DNA of 64,000 nt from positions 211,510 through 275,509 of the forward strand of contig JAHWKU010000002.1 in assembly GCA_019347715.1 (NCBI GenBank), written 5' to 3'. The notes beneath the pieces were generated by a model. That model saw only the letters and a program-made list of their open reading frames with translations. It was not told the DNA's origin and made no database searches. Below are positions 31,115-40,864 of the stretch, piece after piece; position 1 is the stretch's first letter, and each line of letters begins with the position of its first letter. The position numbers were made by a program, and so were the translations under genes. The stretch comes from Actinomycetota bacterium (GTDB lineage: Bacteria > Actinomycetota > CADDZG01 > JAHWKV01).

Positions 31115-31668
31115 GGCTGTTCGTCGGCATCGAAGTCCCCGAAGCCCAGAAGCGGTCGATCGAAAAGGCAATCCAAGAGCTTCGAAAGGCTCTGCCCGCC
31201 GCCCGCTGGGTGCCGAGGGAGAACTGGCACGTGACTCTCAAATTTCTGGGCGAGGTTTCCGACGAGCGCGTTGCCGAGGTGACCGAGATAGGCGTGGCAT
31301 CGGCCGGGAGATCGGCCGCCCTGGTGACTCATCTCACCGACATCGGAAGCTTCCCGAGCCGCACCAGGACCAGGGTGCTTTGGGTGGGCCTGGATGATCC
31401 CGAGGACGAGATGGCGCATCTCGCAGCTCGACTGGAAAAGAAGCTGGGCAAGGCTGGTTTTCGTCAGGAATCCCGCAAACTCCATCCGCATCTCACGCTT
31501 GCCCGGTTCCGGGTCCCCGAGCGGATCGCAGACGTGATCGAGTCCAGCGGGCCATACGACCTCGACCGGGCTCCATTCGAGGTGAGCGAGGTGGTCCTTT
31601 TTCGCAGCCGCCTCAGCCGGGCCGGAGCGAGCTATGAAGTCATCGAACGCTGGCGCCTTGGCAAATAG
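31111..31668 (+). CDS. thpR: RNA 2',3'-cyclic phosphodiesterase (2H family)
   Basis: RLFVGI, HVTLKFLG, HPHLTLAR; GTG overlaps the cinA stop. Confidence 0.9.
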   Translation: MRLFVGIEVPEAQKRSIEKAIQELRKALPAARWVPRENWHVTLKFLGEVSDERVAEVTEIGVASAGRSAALVTHLTDIGSFPSRTRTRVLWVGLDDPEDEMAHLAARLEKKLGKAGFRQESRKLHPHLTLARFRVPERIADVIESSGPYDLDRAPFEVSEVVLFRSRLSRAGASYEVIERWRLGK

Positions 31669-31746
31669 ATGGACTCTGAGGTAGGGCGGAGGCATATAAT
31701 CACATCGGCGTAATTCACAACTGTGTAATTCTCTGGGGAAAAGTCC

Positions 31747-31775
31747 TTGAATCGAACAGTTGTTCGGTCTAATCT
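31747..31775 (+). promoter_or_regulatory. recA SigA promoter with a LexA box in its spacer
   Basis: TTGAAT-N17-TAATCT enclosing TCGAAC-AGTT-GTTCGG (31752-31767). Confidence 0.85.
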
Positions 31776-31794
31776 AAGCCCTCAGGCGAAAGAG

Positions 31795-31816
31795 TGTCAT
31801 ACCCCCTCGCTACGCT
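31795..31816 (+). promoter_or_regulatory. Putative RecA-NDp / PafBC-type promoter
   Basis: TGTCAT-N10-TACGCT resembles TGTCRG-N10-TAnnnT. Confidence 0.55.
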
Positions 31817-31871
31817 CATGCCGGATGTCAATCATCCGGCTGAGCGGGCCGGGGAAAGCAAGGAGGAGGAA

Positions 31872-32969
31872 ATGAGCCGAGGAAGCGAGAACGGAAACGG
31901 TTCGGCCAATGGATCGAACGGTTCGAAGGACAAAGCTCTCGACATGGCGGTCAACCAGATCGAGAAGCAGTTCGGCAAGGGCGCAATCATGCGCCTCGGG
32001 GAGTCTCCCCAGGTGGCTGTGGACGTCATCCCAACCGGGTCCCTTGGACTCGACGTGGCGCTTGGAATCGGCGGTCTCCCCAAGGGCCGGATCGTGGAGA
32101 TATACGGACCTGAGAGTAGCGGCAAAACGTCGCTGTGCCTTCACGTAGTTGCGGAGGCCCAGAAGCTCGGAGGCATAGCTGCATTCATCGATGCCGAGCA
32201 CGCCCTTGACGTTGGGTACGCCCGCAACCTTGGAGTCGACGTCGAGCAACTCCTCGTGTCTCAGCCGGACACCGGGGAGCAGGGCCTCGAGATCGCAGAC
32301 ATGCTGGTGCGATCGGGTGCCGTCGACATCATCGTGGTCGACTCGGTGGCCGCGCTCACGCCGAGGGCCGAGATCGAAGGTGAGATGGGTGACACCCACG
32401 TCGGGCTCCAGGCCCGATTGATGAGCCAGGCCCTGCGGAAGCTAGCAGGCAACGTTTCGCGCTCGAACTGCATGATCGTCTTCATCAATCAACTGCGGGA
32501 AAAAATTGGAGTCATGTTCGGTTCGCCCGAAACCACTCCGGGTGGTCGAGCACTCAAGTTCTACTCCTCTGTGCGGTTGGACATTCGCAAGATCGAAAAC
32601 CTGAAGCAGGGTGACGAGGTAGTCGGTTCCAGGGTCAGGGTGAAGGTCGTCAAGAGCAAGGTCTCGGCCCCCTTCCGCCAGACCGAGTTCGACATCCAGT
32701 ACGGCCACGGGATCTCGAAGGAGGGTTCCCTTCTCGATACCGCAGTCGATCTCGGGATCGTCAACAAGTCGGGGGCCTGGTATCTGTTCGAGGGTGACCA
32801 GATCGGCCAGGGGAGGGAAAACACCAAGGCCTTTCTGTCGGAGCACACCGATGTATTTGGAGAGATCGAGATTCTCGTAAAAAAGGCGATGGGGCTGTTG
32901 CCCTCGGACGAGAAGGATGAGCCGGCCGCGGTCAAGGAGGAAAGCGACGAGGTCGTCCTGCCGTCCTGA
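31872..32969 (+). CDS. recA: Recombinase RecA
   Basis: [22 protein letters not shown]-like [11 protein letters not shown]; ATG 31872 after GGAGGAGG. Confidence 0.98.
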   Translation: MSRGSENGNGSANGSNGSKDKALDMAVNQIEKQFGKGAIMRLGESPQVAVDVIPTGSLGLDVALGIGGLPKGRIVEIYGPESSGKTSLCLHVVAEAQKLGGIAAFIDAEHALDVGYARNLGVDVEQLLVSQPDTGEQGLEIADMLVRSGAVDIIVVDSVAALTPRAEIEGEMGDTHVGLQARLMSQALRKLAGNVSRSNCMIVFINQLREKIGVMFGSPETTPGGRALKFYSSVRLDIRKIENLKQGDEVVGSRVRVKVVKSKVSAPFRQTEFDIQYGHGISKEGSLLDTAVDLGIVNKSGAWYLFEGDQIGQGRENTKAFLSEHTDVFGEIEILVKKAMGLLPSDEKDEPAAVKEESDEVVLPS

Positions 32970-33000
32970 TCATCTTCTCGGACACCGAAGGAGGCTAGGC

Positions 33001-33510
33001 ATGGCCGCTTCCGAACCTGCCCCTGCCGACGACGAAGTTGCTTATGACCAAGCTCTCGACAAGGCGCTCAAGCTCCTAGCGCGCCGAGCCCGCTCCAAAA
33101 GAGAGCTGAGGGCCCTTCTCACAAGGATGGGGTTCGCCGACGCGGTGGTCTCGAGAGTTGAGTCGAGGCTCGTTGAGGTCGAGGTTTTGGACGACGCTTC
33201 TTTCGCCTACGCCGCAACTGAGTACTACGGCCGGAATCGTGGAGAGTCGAGGCGTGCGATCCGGTCGCGACTCGCGGCAGAACAGGTTCCGGACGTGGTG
33301 ATCGCCGAGGCGATCTCCGAATTGTTGGGCGAAGAAAGCGACTTTGACAGGGCCCTGGTACTTGCAACGAGAAGAGCTCGCAGGTACGGGCGACTGAGCC
33401 CCGACGCCGCAGCGGGGAGGCTGGCGCGATACCTCGCCCAGCGTGGCTACGACTACGAGGTCGTGGAAGAGGTATGCAGGCGTGTGTTTCGCCTGACGGA
33501 AGTGGAATAG
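33001..33510 (+). CDS. recX: Regulatory protein RecX
   Basis: ALKLLARRARSKRELR, LDDASFA, YLAQRGY; follows recA. Confidence 0.9.
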   Translation: MAASEPAPADDEVAYDQALDKALKLLARRARSKRELRALLTRMGFADAVVSRVESRLVEVEVLDDASFAYAATEYYGRNRGESRRAIRSRLAAEQVPDVVIAEAISELLGEESDFDRALVLATRRARRYGRLSPDAAAGRLARYLAQRGYDYEVVEEVCRRVFRLTEVE

Positions 33511-33542
33511 GGTCTCTGACCTGCACTTTCGGCCGGCATTGA

Positions 33543-33571
33543 TTGACCCAGTTTCTGGGCGGTCTTAATAT
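33543..33571 (+). promoter_or_regulatory. Sigma70-type promoter upstream of the rny leader
   Basis: TTGACC-N17-TAATAT. Confidence 0.75.
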
Positions 33572-33748
33572 GGACTCGAGCCGGCCTGAGAAGGTCCGTA
33601 TCTAACAACGGTGCACATCTACCTATTTCCAAACAACCGCTGTAAGAGACGAGAAAACTAAGTTGAAGACGAAACCCAGAGTGCTGAGGCCCCCTAGAGG
33701 GCTCATGTAGTTCAGGGTACGCCTAAAACTTAAATAGATCTCTCCCAG

Positions 33749-33777
33749 GCCGAGGCTCAGCTCGGCTTTTCTTATTT
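33749..33777 (+). terminator. Intrinsic terminator-like hairpin just before the rny RBS
   Basis: GCCGAG-N6-CTCGGC followed by TTTTCTTATTT. Confidence 0.65.
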
Positions 33778-33791
33778 CAAGGAGGCACCCA

Positions 33792-35339
33792 GTGGAAGTT
33801 TTGATAGCACTTTTGGGGGTCCTCGCCGGGTTCGCGATCGGTTATTTCGTCTCCAGGAAGCTGGCCGAAACCAGGGCAGATTCCGCGGAAGCGAGAGCTA
33901 AGGACCTGCTCGAGGATGCCAAACGTGAAGCAGAGGCACTCAAGAGAGAAGCTCTCGTCGATGCAAAGGATGAAGCGATCCGGATCCGCGCCGAGGCAGA
34001 AACCGAGGCAAAGCAGCGCACGGCCGAAGTCCAGCAACGAGCGGGAGAGCTCCAGAAGCGGGAGTCGAGGCTCGACCAGCGGGAGGAGACCCTGGAGCAG
34101 ACCAACCGGCGCATGGAGGCTAAGGAAAGATCGATCGCCGATCGAGAGAGCAATGTCGAGAGACTGAAGGGCGAACTGGAATCGAGCGTTGAGCGGCATC
34201 GCGCCGAGCTGGAACGGGTTGCAGGGATGTCCGTTTCCGAGGCGAAGGAGATGCTCATCGGCCAGATCGAAAACGATGCCAAGCGAGATGCCATGGCATC
34301 GGTGCGCGAGATCGAGACCCAAGCCCGGGAGGAAGCAGACCGCAGAGCGAGGAAGATCGTCGCGATAGCGGTCCAGCGAGTGGCGTCTGAGGAGACCTCT
34401 GAGACATCTCAGTCCGTCGTGACTCTTCCTGACGAGATGAAGGGACGCGTCATCGGCCGGGAGGGCCGCAACATCAGGGCCTTCGAGGCCGCAACTGGAA
34501 CCAACCTTCTCATCGACGACACCCCCGATACCGTCGTCCTCTCGTGCTTCGACCCCATCCGCCGCGAGATCGCCAGGCTGACCCTGGAAAAGCTGATTTC
34601 CGATGGCAGGATTCAGCCCGCAAGAATCGAGGAGATGTATGAGAAGTCGAAAGGTGAAGTCGACAAGGCCGTGAGAGAGGCTGGGGAGTGGGCTCTTCTC
34701 GAGCTTGGACTCACCGAAGTTCATCCGGAGATGGTCAAGGTCCTCGGCCGTCTCAACTACCGAACCTCATACGGACAGAACGTGCTCAAGCACCTCGTTG
34801 AAGCCGGCCACATCGCCGGTGTGATCGCGGCAGAGCTTGCCACCGACATCCAGCTCGCCAAGCGCGGCACCCTGATGCACGACATCGGAAAGGCCATCAC
34901 CCACGAGGTGGAGGGCTCGCATGCGCTGATCGGTGCCGAGCTGGCACGAAGGCTGAAGGAGTCTCCTGCTGTCTGTCATGCGATCGAGGCCCACCACAAC
35001 GAAGTCGAGCCGAGGACGATAGAAGCGATCATCGTCCAGACCGCCGATGCGATCTCCGGATCCCGACCGGGAGCAAGACGTGAAACTCTCGAGACCTACG
35101 TAAAGAGACTCGAGCGCCTCGAGGCCATAGCCGAATCCTTCCCGGGGGTCGAGAAGTGCTACGCGATGCAGGGGGGCCGCGAGGTCCGGGTCATGGTTCA
35201 GCCCAAGGACATCGACGACGTGCAGGCCGATGTGATTGCTCGTGATATCGCCAAGAAGATCGAGGAGGAGCTGCAGTATCCGGGACAGATCAAAGTGATG
35301 GTGATCCGGGAACATCGCGCCGTCGAATATGCAAAGTAA
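33792..35339 (+). CDS. rny: Ribonuclease Y
   Basis: N-terminal TM, coiled coil, KH domain KGRVIGREGRNIR, HD domain HDIGK. Confidence 0.97.
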   Translation: MEVLIALLGVLAGFAIGYFVSRKLAETRADSAEARAKDLLEDAKREAEALKREALVDAKDEAIRIRAEAETEAKQRTAEVQQRAGELQKRESRLDQREETLEQTNRRMEAKERSIADRESNVERLKGELESSVERHRAELERVAGMSVSEAKEMLIGQIENDAKRDAMASVREIETQAREEADRRARKIVAIAVQRVASEETSETSQSVVTLPDEMKGRVIGREGRNIRAFEAATGTNLLIDDTPDTVVLSCFDPIRREIARLTLEKLISDGRIQPARIEEMYEKSKGEVDKAVREAGEWALLELGLTEVHPEMVKVLGRLNYRTSYGQNVLKHLVEAGHIAGVIAAELATDIQLAKRGTLMHDIGKAITHEVEGSHALIGAELARRLKESPAVCHAIEAHHNEVEPRTIEAIIVQTADAISGSRPGARRETLETYVKRLERLEAIAESFPGVEKCYAMQGGREVRVMVQPKDIDDVQADVIARDIAKKIEEELQYPGQIKVMVIREHRAVEYAK

Positions 35340-35348
35340 GGTCTAGAG

Positions 35349-36650
35349 ATGTCCAAGACCTACTTCATCCGTACCTTCGGGTGCCAGATGAACGAGCACG
35401 ATTCGGAGCGAATGGCCGGTCTGCTGGAAGTCCAGGGCTATCGCCCTGCATCTGCGGTCGAGAAGGCGGACGTCGTGATTCTCAATACCTGCGCGATCCG
35501 GGAGAACGCGGACAACCGTCTTTACGGCAACCTCGGGTGGCTCAAGCCTGCCAAGGAGGACCGTCCCGATATGAAGATCGTCGTCGGAGGATGCCTCGCA
35601 GAAAAAGACAGGGACTTGATCGTCGAGAAGGCTCCCTGGGTGGACGTTGTCTTCGGCACGCGCAACATCGAAGCTCTGCCCCAGCTTCTCAGGCAAGTCG
35701 AGGCCCAAGGGATACCGGTCGTCGAGTTCCATGAAACCCTGGAGATGTTTCCTTCGGCTTTGCCGGCACGGCGCGGGTCTAAGTTTCACGCTTGGATCGC
35801 CGTGCAGTACGGATGCAATAACTCTTGCACGTTTTGCATCGTCCCCAGTGTGCGAGGCGTAGAGGTCTCCCGTCCCATCGAGCACATCCTCGAAGAGGTG
35901 TCCGACGTCGCCGCCGATGGAGTGGTTGAGGTGACGCTTCTCGGACAAAACGTCAACTCTTACGGCCGCGACATCTATCGCACGCCGAAGTTCGCCGAAC
36001 TGTTGCGAGCGATGGACGAGGTGTCAGGGCTGAGACGAGTTCGCTACACATCCCCGCATCCAAAGGACTTTCGCGAACCGGTGGCTCGCGCCATGGCCGA
36101 AACCTCGGTGGTCTGCGAGCATCTTCATCTTCCGGTGCAGTCGGGTTCGTCTCGCGTTCTCAAGTCAATGAAGCGCTCCTACAACCGAGACCGGTATCTG
36201 GCGAAGGTCTCGATGGCCCGGGACCTCATCCCCGGTCTTGCGATCACCACCGACATCATCGTCGGGTTTCCAGGCGAGACCGAAGAAGACTTCCTCGAGA
36301 CTCTTTCGCTGGTGGAGGAGGTGGGGTACGACTCCTCTTACATGTTCCAGTACTCGCCGAGGCCCGGAACCGAAGCAGCGGTGATGGACGACCAGGTTCC
36401 AAAGGACGTGGTTCAGGAACGTTTCGAGCGCCTGACGGCGGTTCAGGAGCAGATCTCGCACCGCAAAAACCAGGACTCCATCGGGTCTGAGGTCGAGGTC
36501 CTTGTCGAGGGCCCTTCCAAGAAGGACCCAGGCAAAGTTACCGGCCGAACAAGAACAAACAAGCTCGTTCATTTCGCCGGTCCGGCCGAGCCTGGAGAGT
36601 TCAGGCAGGTTCGCATCAAGCAGGCCGCGCCCCACCACCTCGAGGCTTAG
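35349..36650 (+). CDS. miaB: tRNA-2-methylthio-N6-dimethylallyladenosine synthase
   Basis: TFGCQMNEHDSE, CNNSCTFC radical SAM motif, TRAM domain. Confidence 0.96.
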   Translation: MSKTYFIRTFGCQMNEHDSERMAGLLEVQGYRPASAVEKADVVILNTCAIRENADNRLYGNLGWLKPAKEDRPDMKIVVGGCLAEKDRDLIVEKAPWVDVVFGTRNIEALPQLLRQVEAQGIPVVEFHETLEMFPSALPARRGSKFHAWIAVQYGCNNSCTFCIVPSVRGVEVSRPIEHILEEVSDVAADGVVEVTLLGQNVNSYGRDIYRTPKFAELLRAMDEVSGLRRVRYTSPHPKDFREPVARAMAETSVVCEHLHLPVQSGSSRVLKSMKRSYNRDRYLAKVSMARDLIPGLAITTDIIVGFPGETEEDFLETLSLVEEVGYDSSYMFQYSPRPGTEAAVMDDQVPKDVVQERFERLTAVQEQISHRKNQDSIGSEVEVLVEGPSKKDPGKVTGRTRTNKLVHFAGPAEPGEFRQVRIKQAAPHHLEA

Positions 36651-36655
36651 CTGTT

Positions 36656-37591
36656 TTGAAGAACCTCGTCCTTGCCATCGTCGGTCCGACCGCAGTCGGC
36701 AAGAGCGAACTGGCGCTCGAGGTGGCAGAGGAGATTCCTACCGAGATCGTGAGCATCGATTCCGTTCAGATATACCGGCAGATGGACATCGGCTCGGCCA
36801 AGCCCCCTGCCGAAGCGCTTGCGAGAGTGCCCCATCACATGATCGATGTCGCCGACCCGGCAGAAACGATGTCGGTCGCGGAATTTCGTCAGATGGCACG
36901 CAATGCGATCGCAGACATCTTGCAGCGCCAAAAAGTTCCCCTTTTGGTTGGTGGGTCGGGGCTTTACTTCCGTTCGGTGGTGGACCCCCTCGACTTTCCT
37001 GCAACCGATCCGCATGTGCGCGCCATAGTCCAGCAGCAGGCCGATGACGAAGGCGCAGAGACACTCCACGAACGGCTCAAGCAGCTGGACCCGGCCGCCG
37101 CGCTTCGCATCGAACCTGAGAATGTGAGGCGGACCGTAAGGGCTCTCGAGGTGATCGAGCTGACCGGCAGAAAGTTCTCGGAGTTCAGGGCAGCGTGGGA
37201 CGAATACGAGTCGATCTACTTTCTGAAGGTGGCGGGATTGACCCTTCCCAAAGAAGAGCTCAACCGCAGAATCGACGAAAGGGTGGACGAACTGATCGCA
37301 TCCGGACTGGTGAATGAAGTCGAGACACTGATTGGGGCCGGGCTTAGGGACTCTTTAACTTCGCGGCAGGCGCTCGGCTATGCTCAATTGCTCGATCATC
37401 TCGAAGGCAAGATCTCTCTGGAAGAGGCGATCGCTGAGATCAAACGAAAGACGCGGCGATTTGCAAGGCGCCAATTGAACTGGTTCAAAGCCGATCCGAG
37501 GGTGCGCTGGTTTGAAGGAGATTCTCAGAGCGCCAAGAGATTCCTTGTCGAGGAACTCGTCGGAGCGATGAGCTTTAAGGGGAATGGATGA
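36656..37591 (+). CDS. miaA: tRNA dimethylallyltransferase
   Basis: GPTAVGKS, DSVQIYRQMDIGSAKP, ARRQLNWF. Confidence 0.96.
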   Translation: MKNLVLAIVGPTAVGKSELALEVAEEIPTEIVSIDSVQIYRQMDIGSAKPPAEALARVPHHMIDVADPAETMSVAEFRQMARNAIADILQRQKVPLLVGGSGLYFRSVVDPLDFPATDPHVRAIVQQQADDEGAETLHERLKQLDPAAALRIEPENVRRTVRALEVIELTGRKFSEFRAAWDEYESIYFLKVAGLTLPKEELNRRIDERVDELIASGLVNEVETLIGAGLRDSLTSRQALGYAQLLDHLEGKISLEEAIAEIKRKTRRFARRQLNWFKADPRVRWFEGDSQSAKRFLVEELVGAMSFKGNG

Positions 37592-38340
37592 GTCTGGAGT
37601 TTTCCAAGTACCACGGTTTAGGAAACGATTTCCTGATCGCCTACGGCCAGAAGGTGACCGGCGAAGAGGCGATCAGAATCCTCGACCGTAACTTCGGGGT
37701 TGGAGCCGATGGTCTAATCCTCGTCCAGCCGTCCGACACCGCCGACTTCTCCTTTCGCCTTCTGCAACCCGATGGCAGCGAGGCAGAGGTGTCAGGCAAC
37801 GGTCTCAGATGCGTAGGCAAATTCTTATTCGAGAAAAAACACTTCTCCGAGTCAACCGTAAAAGTCGAGGCCGGAGGTGAGATCAAGGTCCTCGAACTCG
37901 TGATCGACGGCGACCAAGTCTCCAGCGTCCGGGTGGATATGGGCATTCCCATCGAAGAGGGGACCGTCGAACTGCAAGGTCGAATTTGGAAGAAGATCTC
38001 GACAGGGAATCCTCATGCCGTGACGATCGTTGACGACATCGATCAGGCGCCGGTGACCGAGCTCGGCCCACTGGTCGAAAACGACCCACACTTCCCGAAT
38101 AGAACCAACGTCGAGTTCATCCAGGTGGAGGGTTCGATCGTGCATGCGCGTTTCTGGGAGCGCGGAGTCGGGGTCACCCTGGCTTCGGGGACCGGGTCTT
38201 GCGCTTCGCTGGTCGCAAGCGGCCTGACCGCAGGAATCGTCAGGACTCCCGGCGGGGACCTCGAAATCGCTAGAGACGATGAAGGACGGCTGTTCAAGAC
38301 CGGCCCGGCAGTTCACGTATTCGACGGACGGATCCCGTGA
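37588..38340 (+). CDS. dapF: Diaminopimelate epimerase (Ser/Ser active-site variant)
   Basis: KYHGLGNDF, GVGADG, GNPH, NVEF, ERGVG; located between miaA and hflX. Confidence 0.88.
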   Translation: MSLEFSKYHGLGNDFLIAYGQKVTGEEAIRILDRNFGVGADGLILVQPSDTADFSFRLLQPDGSEAEVSGNGLRCVGKFLFEKKHFSESTVKVEAGGEIKVLELVIDGDQVSSVRVDMGIPIEEGTVELQGRIWKKISTGNPHAVTIVDDIDQAPVTELGPLVENDPHFPNRTNVEFIQVEGSIVHARFWERGVGVTLASGTGSCASLVASGLTAGIVRTPGGDLEIARDDEGRLFKTGPAVHVFDGRIP

Positions 38341-39503
38341 GGACCGCCAAGCGCATCGACCGGCTGCCGCAATATCTGTTTGCATCTCTGGACAAGAAGG
38401 TCTCTAACGCGCGGGCTCGAGGTATCGATGTCATCTCTTTTGGGGTGGGGGATCCCGATCGACCAACTCCAAACCACATCGTCGAAGCCGGTGCCAGAGC
38501 GCTCAAGGATCCGGGAACCCATCGTTATCCCTCTTATTACGGAATGCCGGAATTCAGGGCCGCAGTCGCCGCGTACTACGAACGCCGCTTCTCAGTAACG
38601 CTTGATCCAGACACCCAGATCCTTCCCGTCATCGGTTCTAAGGAGGGGATAGCTCACCTTGCAACGGCATTCATCGATCCAGGCGACGCGGCTTTGGTTC
38701 CGGATCCGGGCTATCCCGTCTACGAGACCTCGGCCATTCTTTCCGGCGGCGAATGCGTCTACCTTCCGCTAACCGAGAAGAACCAGTACCTCCCGCGATT
38801 CGAGGAGATCCCCGAAGATCATCGGACGAAGTCCAAGTTGATGTGGCTGTGCTATCCGAACAATCCGACGGCCGCCACGTGCGAGACGGGTCTCTTCCAA
38901 AAGGCCGTGGACTTTTCCCGCGAGAACGATCTGCTGTTAGCCCACGACGCTGCATATGTCGAGATCACCTTCGACGGATACACGGCCCCAAGCGTTTTGC
39001 AGGCTCCAGGGGCCCTCGATGTTGCGATCGAATTTGGATCGCTGTCGAAGACGTTCAACATGACCGGCTGGAGAGTTGGCTGGGTAGCCGGAGCCGAGAA
39101 GGCAATCGAAGCCCTAGGACGAGTCAAGACCAACATCGACTCAGGGATATTCGACGCTCTTCAACGGGCAGGAATCGCCGCGCTGGAAGGTCCCCAGGAC
39201 AGTCTCGAGGAGACTCTAAGTGTCTATGCGAAACGCCGCGACGCGCTGGTGGATGCTCTCAACACCGCAGGATGGGTGCTGCAAAAGCCAAAGGGATCCA
39301 TATATCTGTGGGTCCCCGTCCCCGAGGGGGATACCTCCCTCGATTTCACCGAATTCCTTCTCGAGAAAGCCGGTGTCGTTGTTGCGCCCGGCTCGGGATA
39401 CGGGCCGACCGGCGAAGGCTACGTTCGATTCTCTCTGACACTTCCTGACGATCGTTTGGAAGAGGGCGCGGCACGCATCGCTCAGGCTCTGAAGGAGAGA
39501 TAA
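38337..39503 (+). CDS. dapL: LL-diaminopimelate aminotransferase-like PLP enzyme
   Basis: GSKEGIAH, YPNNPT, SLSKTFNMTGWRVG, KTNIDSG; coupled to dapF. Confidence 0.75.
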   Translation: MRTAKRIDRLPQYLFASLDKKVSNARARGIDVISFGVGDPDRPTPNHIVEAGARALKDPGTHRYPSYYGMPEFRAAVAAYYERRFSVTLDPDTQILPVIGSKEGIAHLATAFIDPGDAALVPDPGYPVYETSAILSGGECVYLPLTEKNQYLPRFEEIPEDHRTKSKLMWLCYPNNPTAATCETGLFQKAVDFSRENDLLLAHDAAYVEITFDGYTAPSVLQAPGALDVAIEFGSLSKTFNMTGWRVGWVAGAEKAIEALGRVKTNIDSGIFDALQRAGIAALEGPQDSLEETLSVYAKRRDALVDALNTAGWVLQKPKGSIYLWVPVPEGDTSLDFTEFLLEKAGVVVAPGSGYGPTGEGYVRFSLTLPDDRLEEGAARIAQALKER

Positions 39504-39517
39504 GAGGGAACCTTCTG

Positions 39518-40864
39518 ATGCCGCGGGCACTGCAGGATCGACGAGAGAGAGTTCTTCTGGTCGGCTTGGCGCGATCATCTTCCGAGACGTCCTCGGCCGA
39601 GTCGTCTCTCGACGAGCTCGAGGCCCTCGCAGATACGGCCGGAGCAGACACCGTCGAACGGGTGCTCCAGGTCCGGGGTACTCCCGACCCCGCCACCTAC
39701 ATCGGAAAAGGCAAGGCCAAAGAAGTGGTCGAGCTCGCTCGTATGCTCGAAGCGGATGCCATCATCTTCGACGACGAGCTCTCACCGGCACAGGGCAGAA
39801 ACTTAGAAGACGTTGCTGCGGTGAACCCTCTTGCTCCAAACGCTCTCAAGATCCTGGACCGCACCGGCCTGATACTCGACGTTTTCTCGCAGCATGCCCA
39901 CTCCGCAGAAGGGAAGCTCCAAGTCGAGCTTGCGCAAATCGACTACATGGTCCCAAGGCTAAGAGGATGGGGCGAGGTCCTCAGCAGGATCGGAGGCGCG
40001 ACCGGGGGCGGGGGGGGAAGGGCCCCAATCGGCACCCGGGGGCCGGGAGAAACCCAACTCGAGGTAGACCGTCGAAGGATCCAACGTCGTCTCAAGAGCC
40101 TCAAGAAGGATTTGGCAGACCTCGAGCGGACGAGGAAGGTGAAGCGCAGAGGACGGGACAGGTCGGGTGTGGCACAGATATCTCTTGTGGGCTATACGAA
40201 TGCCGGTAAGTCGACGCTGCTGAACGCTCTCACCGGTGCCGGTGTGCTGGTCGAGGATCGTCTCTTCTCGACTCTAGATCCTGTAACGAGAAAGCTGAGC
40301 CTTCCTGACGGCAGCGAAGCGGTGCTGACCGACACGGTTGGTTTCGTCAGGAAGCTTCCTCACCAACTTGTTCAGGCGTTTCGCTCAACGCTCGAGGAAA
40401 CCGTCGAAGCAGATCTATTGCTGCACGTCGTGGACTCGAGCGCGGATGATCCCCAGGCCCAGGTGGCTGCCGTTGAGAGCGTTCTGACCGAGATCGGGGC
40501 GGACCGCATCACAAGGGTCATAGCTTTGAACAAGGCCGACCGAATCTCCGAGGAGGAAAGGGATCGCATCGAAAAGATGTTTCCCGAGGGAGTCTTTGTC
40601 TCTGCAATCAACAAAGAAGGGTCATCAGAGCTGCTGGATGTGATCCGTGCGCGTCTCGATGCCGCCCGGCGGATAGCAGTGTTCGAGATCCCGTTTGACC
40701 GCGGCGATGTAAGAAGTGCCCTTCACGATGGAAGCGAAATACTGCAGGAAACTTTCGGCGAGGACCGGATGAGAGTCGTCGTGAAGGCAACGGGGCCCGT
40801 CGTAGCGCGCTTCAAGGAGTTTCTGAGCACGGAGCCGGAGTTAATGGAGAACGACGCCGGCTGA
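39518..40864 (+). CDS. hflX: GTPase HflX
   Basis: GTRGPGETQLEVDRR, GYTNAGKS, DTVGF. Confidence 0.96.
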   Translation: MPRALQDRRERVLLVGLARSSSETSSAESSLDELEALADTAGADTVERVLQVRGTPDPATYIGKGKAKEVVELARMLEADAIIFDDELSPAQGRNLEDVAAVNPLAPNALKILDRTGLILDVFSQHAHSAEGKLQVELAQIDYMVPRLRGWGEVLSRIGGATGGGGGRAPIGTRGPGETQLEVDRRRIQRRLKSLKKDLADLERTRKVKRRGRDRSGVAQISLVGYTNAGKSTLLNALTGAGVLVEDRLFSTLDPVTRKLSLPDGSEAVLTDTVGFVRKLPHQLVQAFRSTLEETVEADLLLHVVDSSADDPQAQVAAVESVLTEIGADRITRVIALNKADRISEEERDRIEKMFPEGVFVSAINKEGSSELLDVIRARLDAARRIAVFEIPFDRGDVRSALHDGSEILQETFGEDRMRVVVKATGPVVARFKEFLSTEPELMENDAG

